A stretch of 63,021 nt of DNA, counting the filler, from Asterionella formosa (lineage: Eukaryota), in NCBI GenBank assembly GCA_002256025.1. It is 16 parts of 16 records of this genome, joined end to end, with 100 filler letters (N's around TTAATTAATTAA, not from the genome) between each part and the next. Parts side by side here need not be neighbours in the genome. Positions count along the whole stretch, not along the records: positions 1 to 16,164 come from NKIB01005058.1; positions 16,265 to 17,268 come from NKIB01005066.1; positions 17,369 to 33,529 come from NKIB01005067.1; 13 more parts are not named here. One strand, written 5' to 3'. The notes beneath the pieces were generated by a model. That model made no database searches, was not told the origin of the DNA, and saw nothing but the letters and a program-made list of their open reading frames with translations. The first letter of the stretch is position 1. Each line of letters opens with the position of its first letter. Shown here piece by piece: positions 12,800 to 24,915 of this stretch. Position numbers and translations under genes: made by a program.

Positions 12800-14321
12800 T
12801 TAATTTTGTTGATGTCTCTGGCAGCCGACTATTATGAATCTGCCCAGGAAATTTTAGTGGTCATGAACCCTCCTGTTGGTCAGTTAGTGGCCGATGTGCC
12901 TAGTAAAAACCAGCAGAATGCTGAACAGATCGCCTTACAGAAGTATGTGCAACAATAGCAACTATGCTATGATTTTAATTATGTACATATATATATATAT
13001 ATATATGTATATTTAGGAGTGACAGCACATTGAATATGTCTTAGGTCAATCATTACCTGAATAACTTTTGTTATTTACAAGATAATTACAGGTTGGATAT
13101 CACCGCTATTGTAACACGGGATGTTTTAAAATTCAAAGGTAAGTTCAATATATCATTCCATATTGGGGGGAGGGAAGGGGGTTGGATTTGTTTTTTTCCT
13201 CCAATCACAATTTTGAGTTTCAAGATACCTTATTCCAGAAATCTCCTACCGGTAGTTTATATGCACTTCCCTACCGGTCAGTTGAGCGCCGCCTTGCTTC
13301 CGCCGATTTTCTATTTTTAGCTACCAGTATTTCGCAATGAATATCAAAGCTACGTTTTCGTTTCTTTCACTACTTGCTAGGGACACATGTATACTATCTA
13401 AGTAACCGATAAAAGTGTTAAGCAGTTGTTGTACAAAATCGAAATTAATACAGGTAATCATTTTATCATGGTTTCTTATCATGGTAATAATGGGAAATTT
13501 CTCATGTTTGATTCATGAGCGATTGTAAAAATAAAATATGATGTGTAGGCAGAGAGCATACCAGGTACCTGGTACCGTATACATTAAGTATATACATACC
13601 TGCATGTAAATATACCGCTACATATATGTATTCACATACGTGTGCACTCACTCATTGGCGGGGGTTCTTGGCAATCATGTTCTTTGATCCCTCTCCTGTG
13701 CTCGCATCTGACCTCGACGGAATCTACTCTATTTTTTTGATTGGGGGAATGAGTTTGACCCTAAAATAGTTCCTGCCCAATCGAATTCTAGCATCATATT
13801 GTGCAACCCCCAATCCTACCATTTTTTGTCGTAGTGGACAACCGGTAGTAAAAATAGTCTGTGAGGAGTGGGCGGTGCCGGTCAGAATAGAGGTGACTAC
13901 TCCTTCCAGGAACCAAGGTGTTGAGCAGAATGTTATTTGCCCTGCGGTTGTCAGGATTTAACAAGTAGGTTCTGGGTAATTATGAGCGTAATGATGAGTG
14001 TATCTATATTACTAGCTCCTAGTCCAAGGGGACTCACAAGGGTCTTGATTAGAAGGGCATGTACTAGGTGTCAAGAGTCCATGCTACTAGGTGTCATTTT
14101 TAGCCTACCGGTACTAGCTCACTTTCCGAGGTGGCAGGAATCCCCCTCTTTTTATAAACCCTTAAACCCTAGCCTACATAGCGCCTTCATATAAACCACC
14201 AATTATTTTTTGCTAGTACACGGAAATCAGTTGGCTTGATGACACTGCCGTGACGGCTGCTACTCATACTACACATGCACATCATTGTGTTCAAATTGAC
14301 TCTGATGGCCTCAACCAAAGC

Positions 14322-15627
14322 CCAAATCCCGCTCTAGCTATCGTCGCGTCATTCGCTTACCTACTGCCCACAAATTTAGCATAAATGTCAATTTTAGCCT
14401 ACTATTGCCCATCATATAAAATGAATTTTGTATATTTCCTATCTTCACCTCGAAAATTGCCAAAGGTCCGATATTGCCCATCATTAAAATATATTTTATA
14501 TATTTCATATGTTCGCATTTTGGCAAGACAACAGACACCAATTGCCCCTCGGTTTTCCAGCGCTGGGATTGCCGAAATCGGCAAGGGGTCTACTTAAGGA
14601 AAATAATTTATATACTATTCAGATTCTGATAATTTATATCTAGAATTCACCTCGTTTTTGTTCGTCTCCTGAAAAGTGGACTCCGGCAATTTTACCTTTC
14701 ACCATGCCAATCGTCGTCCATCATGACCGGTTTGAAGCGAAATCGGTTCCGCGATGACGCCAGTAGCGATTCTTTGCCTAACGGATGCGGTTGATTGTTG
14801 GATTGCTTTTTTTTCGAGGTATTCATGTAGTCGCATCGTCCATATTTCGTCGGACGAACGATGATATCGATACATCTGATGTTGGTGGCAAGTTTTTGCT
14901 CCGGTCATGTACGTATGTAATGATGCTTAACGGATATTCTACCGGTAGCGGTTACCGGCAGTCATCTAGTCTACATACGTACGTGGTACTAAAAACAACC
15001 ATGCATGGTTTAAGCTATGCTTCAACGCTTACTTTGAACACGTAATAATATTATCTCTGTAGACTCGGTATTATTTTTACGAGACCTGAAATGTTGAATT
15101 ATATCGTTCACATATTCATTGATTTTACGTATCGTATGCCCGATTTCGTCCTCACAAATATAGTTCTCACTCTATCTTGCCTGCCTTTGCTCTATTCGGG
15201 CTTGCAATAGGCAACGTTCGTCTTTCTTTGATCCCATCGTCTGCTGCTTGTTATGCTAGTTGAAGCGGATCGGTGAGTACAACAGAGAAACACTGAATGT
15301 GGATTGTAGATCGTATTTATCGACTTTCCGATTTGATTGCTTCCGTGGTTTGTTTTGATTGCTTCCGTCGTTGTTTGTCGTCACGCACTGTCGTTTTTTT
15401 TTCGATTGTATATATCTACATAAGAACCAATGCATTTATCAATGACTACTCATTGAAGATGTGGTATTGTGTCGTTGTTGATCGTATTTGTTGATTTGTA
15501 TAGGCGTTGACAATGATGTCAATATTGCTTGATGTGCCCCATATTGCCCTTAAATAAAAATTACTTAGAGACTAAAAATTACTTAGAAGTACCCGAATGG
15601 CAAGACGATAGCTGGAGCGGGAATTGC
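14322..15627. mobile_element. Non-autonomous DNA transposon with ~34-bp imperfect TIRs
   Basis: CCAAATCCCGCTCTAGCTATCGTCGCGTCATTCG (14322-14355) is the inverted match of CGAATGGCAAGACGATAGCTGGAGCGGGAATTGC (15594-15627), about 28/34. Further right-end copies lie at 8553 and 40356. No coding ORF was recognised. Confidence 0.7.
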
Positions 15628-15847
15628 TCAAGTAACAACCATCCCTAGAAGTGCTGGGTGCTCCATAGCTTTGACACCTACATGGCAGAATCCCTTGACC
15701 CTAACCGAATCCTAATAGTATAGTAGTCTAAGCAGTTCATAATGGTCTCTAGACTCTAGAATAGATCCTTAGCACTATGTGTACATGATCTTTAGAAGGC
15801 GTGCTCCCCTTACCCTAGCACCCCAAATTCTGAAACAATATCTTTCT

Positions 15848-16164
15848 TCATTTCATTGGTTTAGGCCATTGTAGAGTCTTGAGACAGGGTATACTGCTTT
15901 TGCATAGTGCAACAACTGTGATTCGCCCCTGTGTTTTAGGAATAAGGTTTTGAACAGAATTAGCAACACTTTGTTCAGGACTTAAATAAAGCAAATAAAT
16001 CGTCTTGAACTTTGTAAGCCATCCCGCCTTTTTACACATTTCTGTAAACTTTTTCAGTACATTGTGATGTTTGGAAACATGTACCTGGACACCACACACA
16101 CTATCGCCACACTTCCAGATGAGATCAATTGCAGGAAAATTGGAGTTTCGGGGAACATACATTC
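15848..16164 (-). CDS. C-terminal fragment of a Crinkler/RHS-type restriction-endonuclease-like domain protein (5' part in gap)
   Basis: YVPRNSNFPAIDLIW....VCGVQVHVSKHH resembles the P..NFP.ID..(x)..Q.tv..H core of CR-REase domains. The ORF runs into the gap. Confidence 0.5.
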
Positions 16165-18673
16165 NNNNNNNNNNNNNNNNNNNNNNNNNNNNNNNNNNNN
16201 NNNNNNNNTTAATTAATTAANNNNNNNNNNNNNNNNNNNNNNNNNNNNNNNNNNNNNNNNNNNNGGGGCAATGGAACCCTGCGGTATGCGATGATATTGA
16301 CCAAGAAATTTTACCAGGGGTACCTGGTACCTCGTACTGGAGTAGTGGTACCAGTGCCAGGGTACCTGGTACAGTACTGGTACCTGGTAAGGCATGTGTA
16401 GCTGGTGAGTCCTTTTGGGTACGACTCGTACCTGTACCTGTTCACCTGGTGCACTGGCTGTGTTATGCTATGTTGAGGGATTATACTAATGGTAAAACAT
16501 CATAAATTTAATAAACTTGAACATCAGTACAATTAAACATCAGCATGGCAACAAGCAATGTTGACCAGGAGAGTAAATGAACTGACACATTCCCATGCTT
16601 ATAAAAATGTACTTATTTCTATGATGTTGTACAGGGAGGTTATGGCAAATAGCCAATGATAGTACTAAAAGCTGTGAGTTTAGTGTAGAGGAGCCTGGGG
16701 AAAACAAGGATGATAGCCAAACACTTGGCCAGTATTCTTCCATTAACAATTACTGCATAAAAGGAAATGTAGTATTTTATGCCACATTTTCTTTTCTCTT
16801 GGAATGTAATAATTACCCACAGTGGAAATCCAACAATGGTATGTGCCTGCTGTCAATGACCTTGTCATCAAAAAGGCCATAAAACAGAACATGTATGCAG
16901 ACAAGACAAGGGAAACATTACAAGCAAGGCAGCCTCTAGAGTCTCACATTTAGCAAGATTTCAATCATGATGGTCATCCTTTTCTCATTCAAGTATAAAA
17001 TATCCAATTCATCAATGGTATATAAGCTGCCTGTGTGTGTGTTGTGTCTGTCAATTCCATGTGGTCAGCCAAATTGACAATTGCTTCCAACTAACATGAA
17101 AACTAACGTGCCGGTACAAATGGAGAAGAACTTGTGCGTCGTTGGGCCCCCAGTGCTACTAACTGTGGACCAAAACCCAAAAACAAAATGTTGTGTTTGG
17201 TTTCGGTCAGACAGACGGATGAATAAGCAATTCTAATGGTTTTTGAATGTTTTCAGCCACTATCAAATNNNNNNNNNNNNNNNNNNNNNNNNNNNNNNNN
17301 NNNNNNNNNNNNTTAATTAATTAANNNNNNNNNNNNNNNNNNNNNNNNNNNNNNNNNNNNNNNNNNNNATTGCACTTTTCAACCAATATTTTAGGAGAAA
17401 CCAATTGCTATAAACTTATATCTAATGACATAGCCTTAAAGCGTACATGCTCAAGATTGGGATCGAAGTTTTAAAATTAACAAATCTGCATTTGGGAGGG
17501 TCAAACCGTGTTTTTCTCCTGTTCAGTGGGTCACAGCGGTTCCAAATATTTTTTAGTGGGTCACAGCAGTTTTTTACTGGTACCAGGCGACAGGTATTCG
17601 ATTTTTTCACAGAAGCAATGATCGAGTCAGCAGAAACTGGATTGCTGGTAGTTACCACGAGCGACCGGATGATGATGGTGTCATACATAAATATAAGAAC
17701 TACATAAATCATAGCTCACGTCTCGACAGTTGTGAGTCACTGTACCTGGTACCAGGTACAGTAGGTAACAATACGACCTCCTCCTCTCGCTAAACAATCT
17801 TGGGTCTAATTTCCTACCACAAGGACGAGGTAGAAATACTAGGTATATTGTTTATTTGCTTTGAATGGCATGACAGGACAATAGAATTGAATACATAAGA
17901 AAGTAGTGCTGTTGTTTTTTTCGTTACTTATTTTAGCATCACCTGCCATAATTAGTAAAGGAAAGTGAAAGATGATATAAACAGCTGCAGTGCAAATCAC
18001 GACAAACCCAATCGTCACCAGACACAGAGAAAAACGTTTTCCAAATGTTCATTTCTACTAATGTGTGCTCTATAATTTTATTTCATACCCTGTTGGAAAA
18101 AGTGTGGGTAGCTCTAGCAGTTGCTTGGCTGTCTGCCATAAATCCATAGATTCAAGTTCCAGCACATACAAATGTATTTGTCATACATAGATCCACCATA
18201 CTGTGCATGTTAACCATAGAATGACTCAACCAGAGGCCAATGATAATGGTAGACATCGAGGTACCTGGTATACATTCTGAATATGGTAATAATGAACAAA
18301 GGATCCTGAAGATTAGAATTTTTCTTATTATGTATAAGGGTGCATGTATTTACGGCGCTACTCCACACAGTACTTGCGACATCGCTGCATTCACTGGAAC
18401 GTACGTAATGCTGACTATTGTTCATTTAGTATGGATGACATGGTAAGTCCGTAAAAGAATGCCGTACATCCTGTAAGAATTGGTACCTAGTACCAGGTAC
18501 AAATATGGGTTTCGTATGTTGTATGTACTCCGTACAAATATTATGTCTGTAGCGCGGAGTCACCGCCATTGACAAGCTCCGCCATTTTAATTGTCTACTT
18601 TCACGACGTTCTTTTGGAATATACAAACTATCGTCTCGCTCTTGATCAACAATTTTTTCACCTAGCCATCATC

Positions 18674-19686
18674 ATGGTAGCCCCAAATATCCGTCAAGTT
18701 GGTCAAGACGGTGGACCGCAGGTAAGAAAAGAAACAACGACTTGTGTCGCCGCCATGACATTGCTCTAACGCGACGTTGTTCGTTGCGCTCGTCTGTTCA
18801 GGATTGGTTCCGGTCGCTGCCTATCCTCACACAGTACTGGTTCGGTGCTACGTTGCTGGTGACTATAGCTGCTAACTGCGGAATTATAACCCCCCTCTCG
18901 ATCATTTTTGATTGGAACGCAGTCAAGTCGAACTTTGAAATATGGCGCCTATTGACGTGCTTTTGCTATGCAGGATCCTTTTCGTTCCCGACCCTCATGC
19001 TTATTTATATGTTGGTTAATTTTAGCAAGCAATATGAATCCAGTGGTCCATACAATACTGGAGCAGGGGGAGGCACAGCCGACTATGCATTCATGCTCAT
19101 CATTGGCTTTCTGTTGATACTTGTGGGCAAGCCAATAACTGATGTGGTATGGCCCACGGGAATGGTCTTTACGAGGAACTTGGTGTCCTTTGTTTTTTAT
19201 ATTTGGAGTAAGAGACACCCGGACGCGAATGGGAATGTATGGGGGATTCCAGTTAAGGGAGCCATGCTTCCCTTTGCCTATTTGGCATTTGATATATTTA
19301 TCGGAAATCCGTATCGTGCTACGGTACATGGATATGCCATGGGTCATTTATACTATTTCATGGTGGAGGTGGTACCAACTGTATATGACAAGGACATTCT
19401 TGTCACTCCGGAATTTCTCATTGATCGTTTTGGAGTTGGAGAATACCGACCAGCTGCTGCTCCCAATGCACCCGTTGGTGATGCGCCTCCCAGAGCCCAT
19501 ACATGGGGAGCAGCAGGAAATAGACTTGGTGGACAGGCTCCTCCTCCTGCTGCTGCTGATGCTGCTCGTGGTGGCGGAATCAGAGGAAATGTTGCAGGTA
19601 TTGGACAGGAAGCTCCACGTGCAGCTGCACCCGCAACTGGAGGTCACACGTGGGGCACTGGAGGACGACGTTTGGGAGGAACATGA
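18674..19686 (+). CDS. DERL: Derlin (ERAD Der1-like membrane protein); exons 18674-18721, 18802-19686
   Basis: WFRSLPILTQYWF, FEIWRLLT.F, YIWSKRHP and G...GHLYYF motifs, plus a C-terminal SHP-like HTWGTGGRRLG. The GTAAGA..TTCAG intron keeps the frame. Confidence 0.92.
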
Positions 19687-19983
19687 TTCGCAACAATGTT
19701 AGGGAGCACGTGTTTTTTGAACACACAAGCACTAAATAGCAAGGCAAACTTGTGCCACTACATATAATAGATACACAATTCCCATTTGTTATTTTTACCG
19801 TACTTACTCTCGTTCCGCCTTTGCTAAGTCCGAATTTTCAAAGGTCATGTGCTCCTAGCGAAGGCTGCTACGTTCATGGAGTCAGGCTATAGTGAGTTAA
19901 AAAACACTTGCCTTCCACGACTAGACTTGATATCTATCTTGTCGTACAGGATAGGCAAAAGACCAATCCCTACATCTCGTTCA

Positions 19984-22422
19984 CTATGTACTCGTGCCGT
20001 CGTCTCCGTATTCTCGGTCCACTCTAGCTTTGATGACGACGCCCATAATTAACTTTTTCCATCGTCGGAGATTGGTTTCCTGTCGAATTTCACGTGCTTG
20101 CTGTATTGCTTGGGACTCTACCTCGGCGTAGGCTTCCATCAGGAGTTCGCCATTGTGTTCATGAACAACAATGCCTCGAATGATTGGAGTACGACTGCCA
20201 CCATGGCCCTCAAAACCCAACAAGCATGGGGCATATGGAATCCCAAGATTCTTCGCAACACTAGACATGCGAGGAGCCTCTAGATGAACCAAACCTTGAT
20301 TCATTAGAGCCCGCTCCACGTTTTTGTACTCGTTCACCGGAATCTCGTCGTTGGGACCAACTGGATCTGGAGACCATGGCTTGGTTTGCCAGATTGCATA
20401 TAGATCCTTCATTCCATCGTCTTCCTTGCCTTCGGATTCTACTTTCTCTATTTCTCTTTGCCGCGCTTCGTCAGTGCCATCGTTTGTATATCCTACACCA
20501 TAGCTGTCCAATGGTTGAAATCCAATTTTCGTTGGTTTCGTTCGAGCCTTGACACGTCTGACAGGCTTGCCCATTTCCTCGTCGATCACCTTTCTCCCCT
20601 CGTACATCCATTTTTTGGCTACCATTGCTGTGCTGACCTCACTCCTTCGATAAACAAGCTCCCCTTTAAAAACTCCACAAACTCTTCTCCCGGCATCAGG
20701 CTCGAGCACTTCCGCAATGCCAAGTTGCGACTCAATCACATAAATGGGGTGGTTTTTGAACCCAACCTTGCTAGTTGGAATGGTTTCATGACCAGCGGAC
20801 TCCACTAGCTCCGCATTTTCATCGACATGATGATCGTAGCTATCATCGTCAGATGATTCTCCTCCAACCTCAATAGCTTCCCTCGTTGATATACCGCTTG
20901 CTCCCAATGACCGTCGCGGTCCAAAAATATCACCACACACCCATGTAGCTTGGTATCTGGCATCGTAATTAATCTTGTCTAGGGTATCATCCCACCAGCT
21001 TTTCGTTTCTTGTGGTGCTCCGTAATCTCGGAGACGTAAGGAGGTGGACCAACTATTGGCATATCTTGGAGTTACATCCGTAAGTCGAGCGATATTGTAC
21101 GTCCCTCCAAACATTGTTTCCGCAGGCAAGTGCTCCACTGCGAGTGCGTAGGCGATAGTTCTCGTACTCTTCTCGCGAACTGTTCCACCAAACTTATGTA
21201 CACGAAAGAAGGCCTCAACCATGCGAGGACGATCGATTAATTGATTCACAGGACAAACATGGACCCACCGACACTTTGACGATTTCCCTTTCGTCTTGGG
21301 CTGACAGAGAATTTCGGTCCAGACCATTCTAGAATTAATATCTGGTTGCGAGACGGGGAAAGTATCATCACTCGCCTTATTATTCATTGACTTTGCCTTA
21401 GCAGGCTGCTTCTTGTCTTGGTCATGAATGGCTTGGACAGCTGAAAAGACATTGCCAAATCCAGATAACAGCAATGGATGATCCATGTCCAAGTCGCACT
21501 TCATGGGTTCAAGCGTAGCCACGTGACGAGCTCGCCATCCGAGCGATCTTGCTATTGAAATCATCAATTGTACCATGTCTTGTCTGGTCATGCACACTTC
21601 TGATTCATCAGGAGTTAGCTGCGGATTTTCATCATTGGTGGGGGACAAGTAATTACAAACATCCAGGAGATGCTCAGCTGAAGTTGTTCCATCTCCATAC
21701 AGCATTTGTTCGGGTTTTTTACTAAAGAAGGAAGCGCCTTTTTGTCGTTTAATTCGTGGTGCACCAGCCGCCAGATTGGCAGCCTGTTGCTGTCGCCTGC
21801 GCTGTTCGACTTGGTGGACGAAATCAAAGTACCACGTACAAAAATCTCTAACCTGATTTAATGTAGGCAGGTTCAGTTCGTAATTGGTCGATTCTATTCG
21901 TTCTGATATCTTTGGAGGTATTAGGCTGAGCGCAACATGCAACAAAAGATGGTCGGAGCAGCATCTGGACATGAGTACGGATCGAGAAAGCAGACTAAGC
22001 AGATCGGCCCTATGAAGATTCATGAGCAAGTACCGCATCCACGGGTCGAGAGATTTGAATTTGAACACCTTACGCATTCGTATTCGTTTCTTGCTACCGA
22101 CATTTTCAACTTCGCTTGGCTTGGAATCCATGTCAATCGTCAGCGCCCCCACTTGACCGTGGCGTACATCCTGTTCATCATCGGCATCTTCCCAGTCGAC
22201 ATCATCGTCGTCTGAGTAATCATGGCCAGGTGCTGTGCTCCTTGCAGCTACTGCGGCGAACTCAGCGGTTGCAAGTGCATCTTTCGCATTACTTTTATCC
22301 GCAGCATCCTCACTGGAGGAATATTCAGGGAAATCTGACGGCGATCGCTCGCCCACTTGCACTTCGGATTCTCCATCGTCGCCAAATTCATCTTCTGAAG
22401 AAAGATTCCAATGAAAGCTCAT
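19984..22422 (-). CDS. XPC: DNA repair protein XPC/Rad4
   Basis: 812-aa ORF with DVTPRYA, IPTSKVGFKNHPIYVIESQL, LYAIWQTKPW, IPVNEYKNVE and LGIPYAPCLLGFEGHGG..TPIIRGIVV (Rad4 BHD1-3 signatures). Confidence 0.93.
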   Translation of the reverse strand: MSFHWNLSSEDEFGDDGESEVQVGERSPSDFPEYSSSEDAADKSNAKDALATAEFAAVAARSTAPGHDYSDDDDVDWEDADDEQDVRHGQVGALTIDMDSKPSEVENVGSKKRIRMRKVFKFKSLDPWMRYLLMNLHRADLLSLLSRSVLMSRCCSDHLLLHVALSLIPPKISERIESTNYELNLPTLNQVRDFCTWYFDFVHQVEQRRRQQQAANLAAGAPRIKRQKGASFFSKKPEQMLYGDGTTSAEHLLDVCNYLSPTNDENPQLTPDESEVCMTRQDMVQLMISIARSLGWRARHVATLEPMKCDLDMDHPLLLSGFGNVFSAVQAIHDQDKKQPAKAKSMNNKASDDTFPVSQPDINSRMVWTEILCQPKTKGKSSKCRWVHVCPVNQLIDRPRMVEAFFRVHKFGGTVREKSTRTIAYALAVEHLPAETMFGGTYNIARLTDVTPRYANSWSTSLRLRDYGAPQETKSWWDDTLDKINYDARYQATWVCGDIFGPRRSLGASGISTREAIEVGGESSDDDSYDHHVDENAELVESAGHETIPTSKVGFKNHPIYVIESQLGIAEVLEPDAGRRVCGVFKGELVYRRSEVSTAMVAKKWMYEGRKVIDEEMGKPVRRVKARTKPTKIGFQPLDSYGVGYTNDGTDEARQREIEKVESEGKEDDGMKDLYAIWQTKPWSPDPVGPNDEIPVNEYKNVERALMNQGLVHLEAPRMSSVAKNLGIPYAPCLLGFEGHGGSRTPIIRGIVVHEHNGELLMEAYAEVESQAIQQAREIRQETNLRRWKKLIMGVVIKARVDREYGDDGTST

Positions 22423-24915
22423 GGGATGCTATTCTGCAGTCCAGCGGGAATGTTTCTCCGCGGTTTCCTTCTAGCTGCTATGCGAGATCCAGACAAACCT
22501 GTACTGTTGAATGCAGCACAGGCCAACGAAATACTGCTGTATTATAAAATAAATTAGGTTGTGCAAGCGAAAAGCAATTACCATACTGCATACATAGATA
22601 GTTTGTCCTCTTCATGTGTCGCAGTCAACACAAATTTGGATTGCGTCGCTCTTTTGTTCTAACAAATCCCTACACTTTTCGGTACGTAGTTTTCACAAAC
22701 GAGGACGATCCCATTACATTGCTATGTACGTATATGCATACTGTATGATTTATGGTTGGAGCGAGAAAGACTACCGTACTAGGTACCTGGTACCCATCAT
22801 CAGGTGCTGACAGACTGAACGTACATGGACTTTGTAGAGTCCTTCGAAGACTATTGGTATGTTTGATTTTCGTTCCTATAGATGTGTGGTACATACATGA
22901 ATATATTCTGCATACATGAAGTCTAAAATGATACAAGCAAATAGAAATAAGAATATCTATTAATAAATGAATAAATAAATTCTTATAACGGTAAACATAC
23001 CTACGTTTTCATTCGTGCGTCAAATGTGACAGCCTGTTGAAGGAGACAAATGTAAATAGAGTACCAGGAAGTACAATTATTTGTTCAATTGATTTTGTTA
23101 AAAATAAATTAAAATAAGCAAGGATTTTATGCTGTCATGATACATCCATAGCAATACATATCAAATGATTTGTGTGTGTTTGACATCATATTAGCATTAA
23201 TAATAGGACTTACACAAGAAAGTAATCAACCATTCCATTCGAGTCCTCCCTCTGTGTTAGTGATGAGGAAACCAATGAAGGAGGTGCAGATAATGGTAGT
23301 GGAGTAGAGCTTACTGACCAAGATGCATCCAACACCATTGTAATCAATCAGATCAATGAAGATGACATGCAAGAGGAGGAGCCCAAGGGAGAATGTAAGA
23401 CAACACTAGTACCATAAGAAGAAAGATGACAATTTGGAAGAAAAACCACAGAGCAAACGAGAAATACATACTACCCAGTAGTCTTTAAATACCAATAATG
23501 GATCTAAAGAGGAGCAGACAGAGAACAAAGAGGAAAAGGTCATGAACTCTACTCAGGGTCATGGAACCAATCAAGTTAACAGCACACAGAGCACTGGCAG
23601 TTCAGCAACTCCGAAGGATGATGAAGAAAATATCGGAAATCTAAACGAAGGAAACAGAAAGGAATTCCCAATCTTGGGAAACCAGCACACGAAAAATAGA
23701 GAAATGGCGGTCAAGGAGGTAATCTATCCACTGGTGGGCAACACTACCCTGATAATCAAATTTCGGGGAGCATTGCCACTGAATTATGATTTCGCAGCAC
23801 AAACTGAAATATTTAACCAACAAATGGAAGTTGTTATGAATCACATGACAACTAGCTACCGATGTAACAATTCGGCTTCTGCCACTTGGGAAAGTCACTG
23901 CAGAAAGCAGCATTTTCAAACTGGAAAAGATGGCCAAATAAGAATAAATCAAGGTCACTGAATGTTTTCGCGAGGAAGAAATACATTGACACATATTTTT
24001 TCATAGAAAGTAACAATAACACTATTCAAACATAAGGCGGTTAATCCTAGTAGTGCCATGTCTAAAAGAAAACGTTTTTTATTGACAAGGACAAGCTAGT
24101 CTACTGGACCTAGAAGTATACAATGTCCAGATTGGATAGTTGTTTTGGAAAAGTAGTTTTGCAGTATCAGCAGATAGAACAAATAAATGGCTGTTATGTT
24201 CATTACTGGGACCAGAGGTTTCAATAGACTCGGACTTTCAGGTCAGGAGTCAAGGTATCAAGTTTGCAAAATTTCTTTGCAAACAAGCAGTGCGAGAAAG
24301 ATCTTGATTGGTCATTCCAGGTCATTACAGCAACTAGTAGGAATAAGTGCCACTGTCAACATCTTCCATATAAATGTAAGGGTTTTGTTGACAATGAATG
24401 CCACGATGTGACTGAGAAAATTGTACTGGAGTACCGGTACTTGGACATATGTAGCCCTACCGGTAGACGCGACTGCTCGTCGGGCTCCGGATAAATTCTT
24501 AGCATCGTCGCCGCAATTATTTTCATGCAGGGGAGCGCGAGGGCGAGTACCGGTACCGGTACCGGGAACAGAATTCTTTTTTTGCTACCGGTATCATCAT
24601 TCTTGTCGTTGGCGAGGAAAAAATTGATTGGCCCATATGAATCATGCATTCAGACTGATATCCCGAGATGGCTATAGCTAATTAAATATCAACACGCACT
24701 TCAAAAAGCCAGAAGTAAATGATGGGTTGTGTGATGTTTTGTTCTTGTACTGGAGTACTACCGGAATGTATACCAGTAGTTAATATTTTTTATCTATCGG
24801 CATATGCGAATCTGCTACCGGTATTCGTTCCTTTTCGAAATTGCAGAAGCAAAGGACGACAAGACAATAGTCACCTGATCGCTATAAAGATCAAATCACG
24901 AGGGAGCCTTGCAAC

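Noticed and set aside
16165..16263. N-run / TTAATTAATTAA / N-run motif, repeated many times through the window
   Set aside because: Identical length and context each time, with stops in all six frames. It is an artificial contig linker, not a biological repeat or CRISPR array.
23260..23961. Acidic/Asn-rich ORF pieces between XPC and SLC4
   Set aside because: Broken by stops with no recognisable motif. Probably a TE relic, but I cannot support a call.
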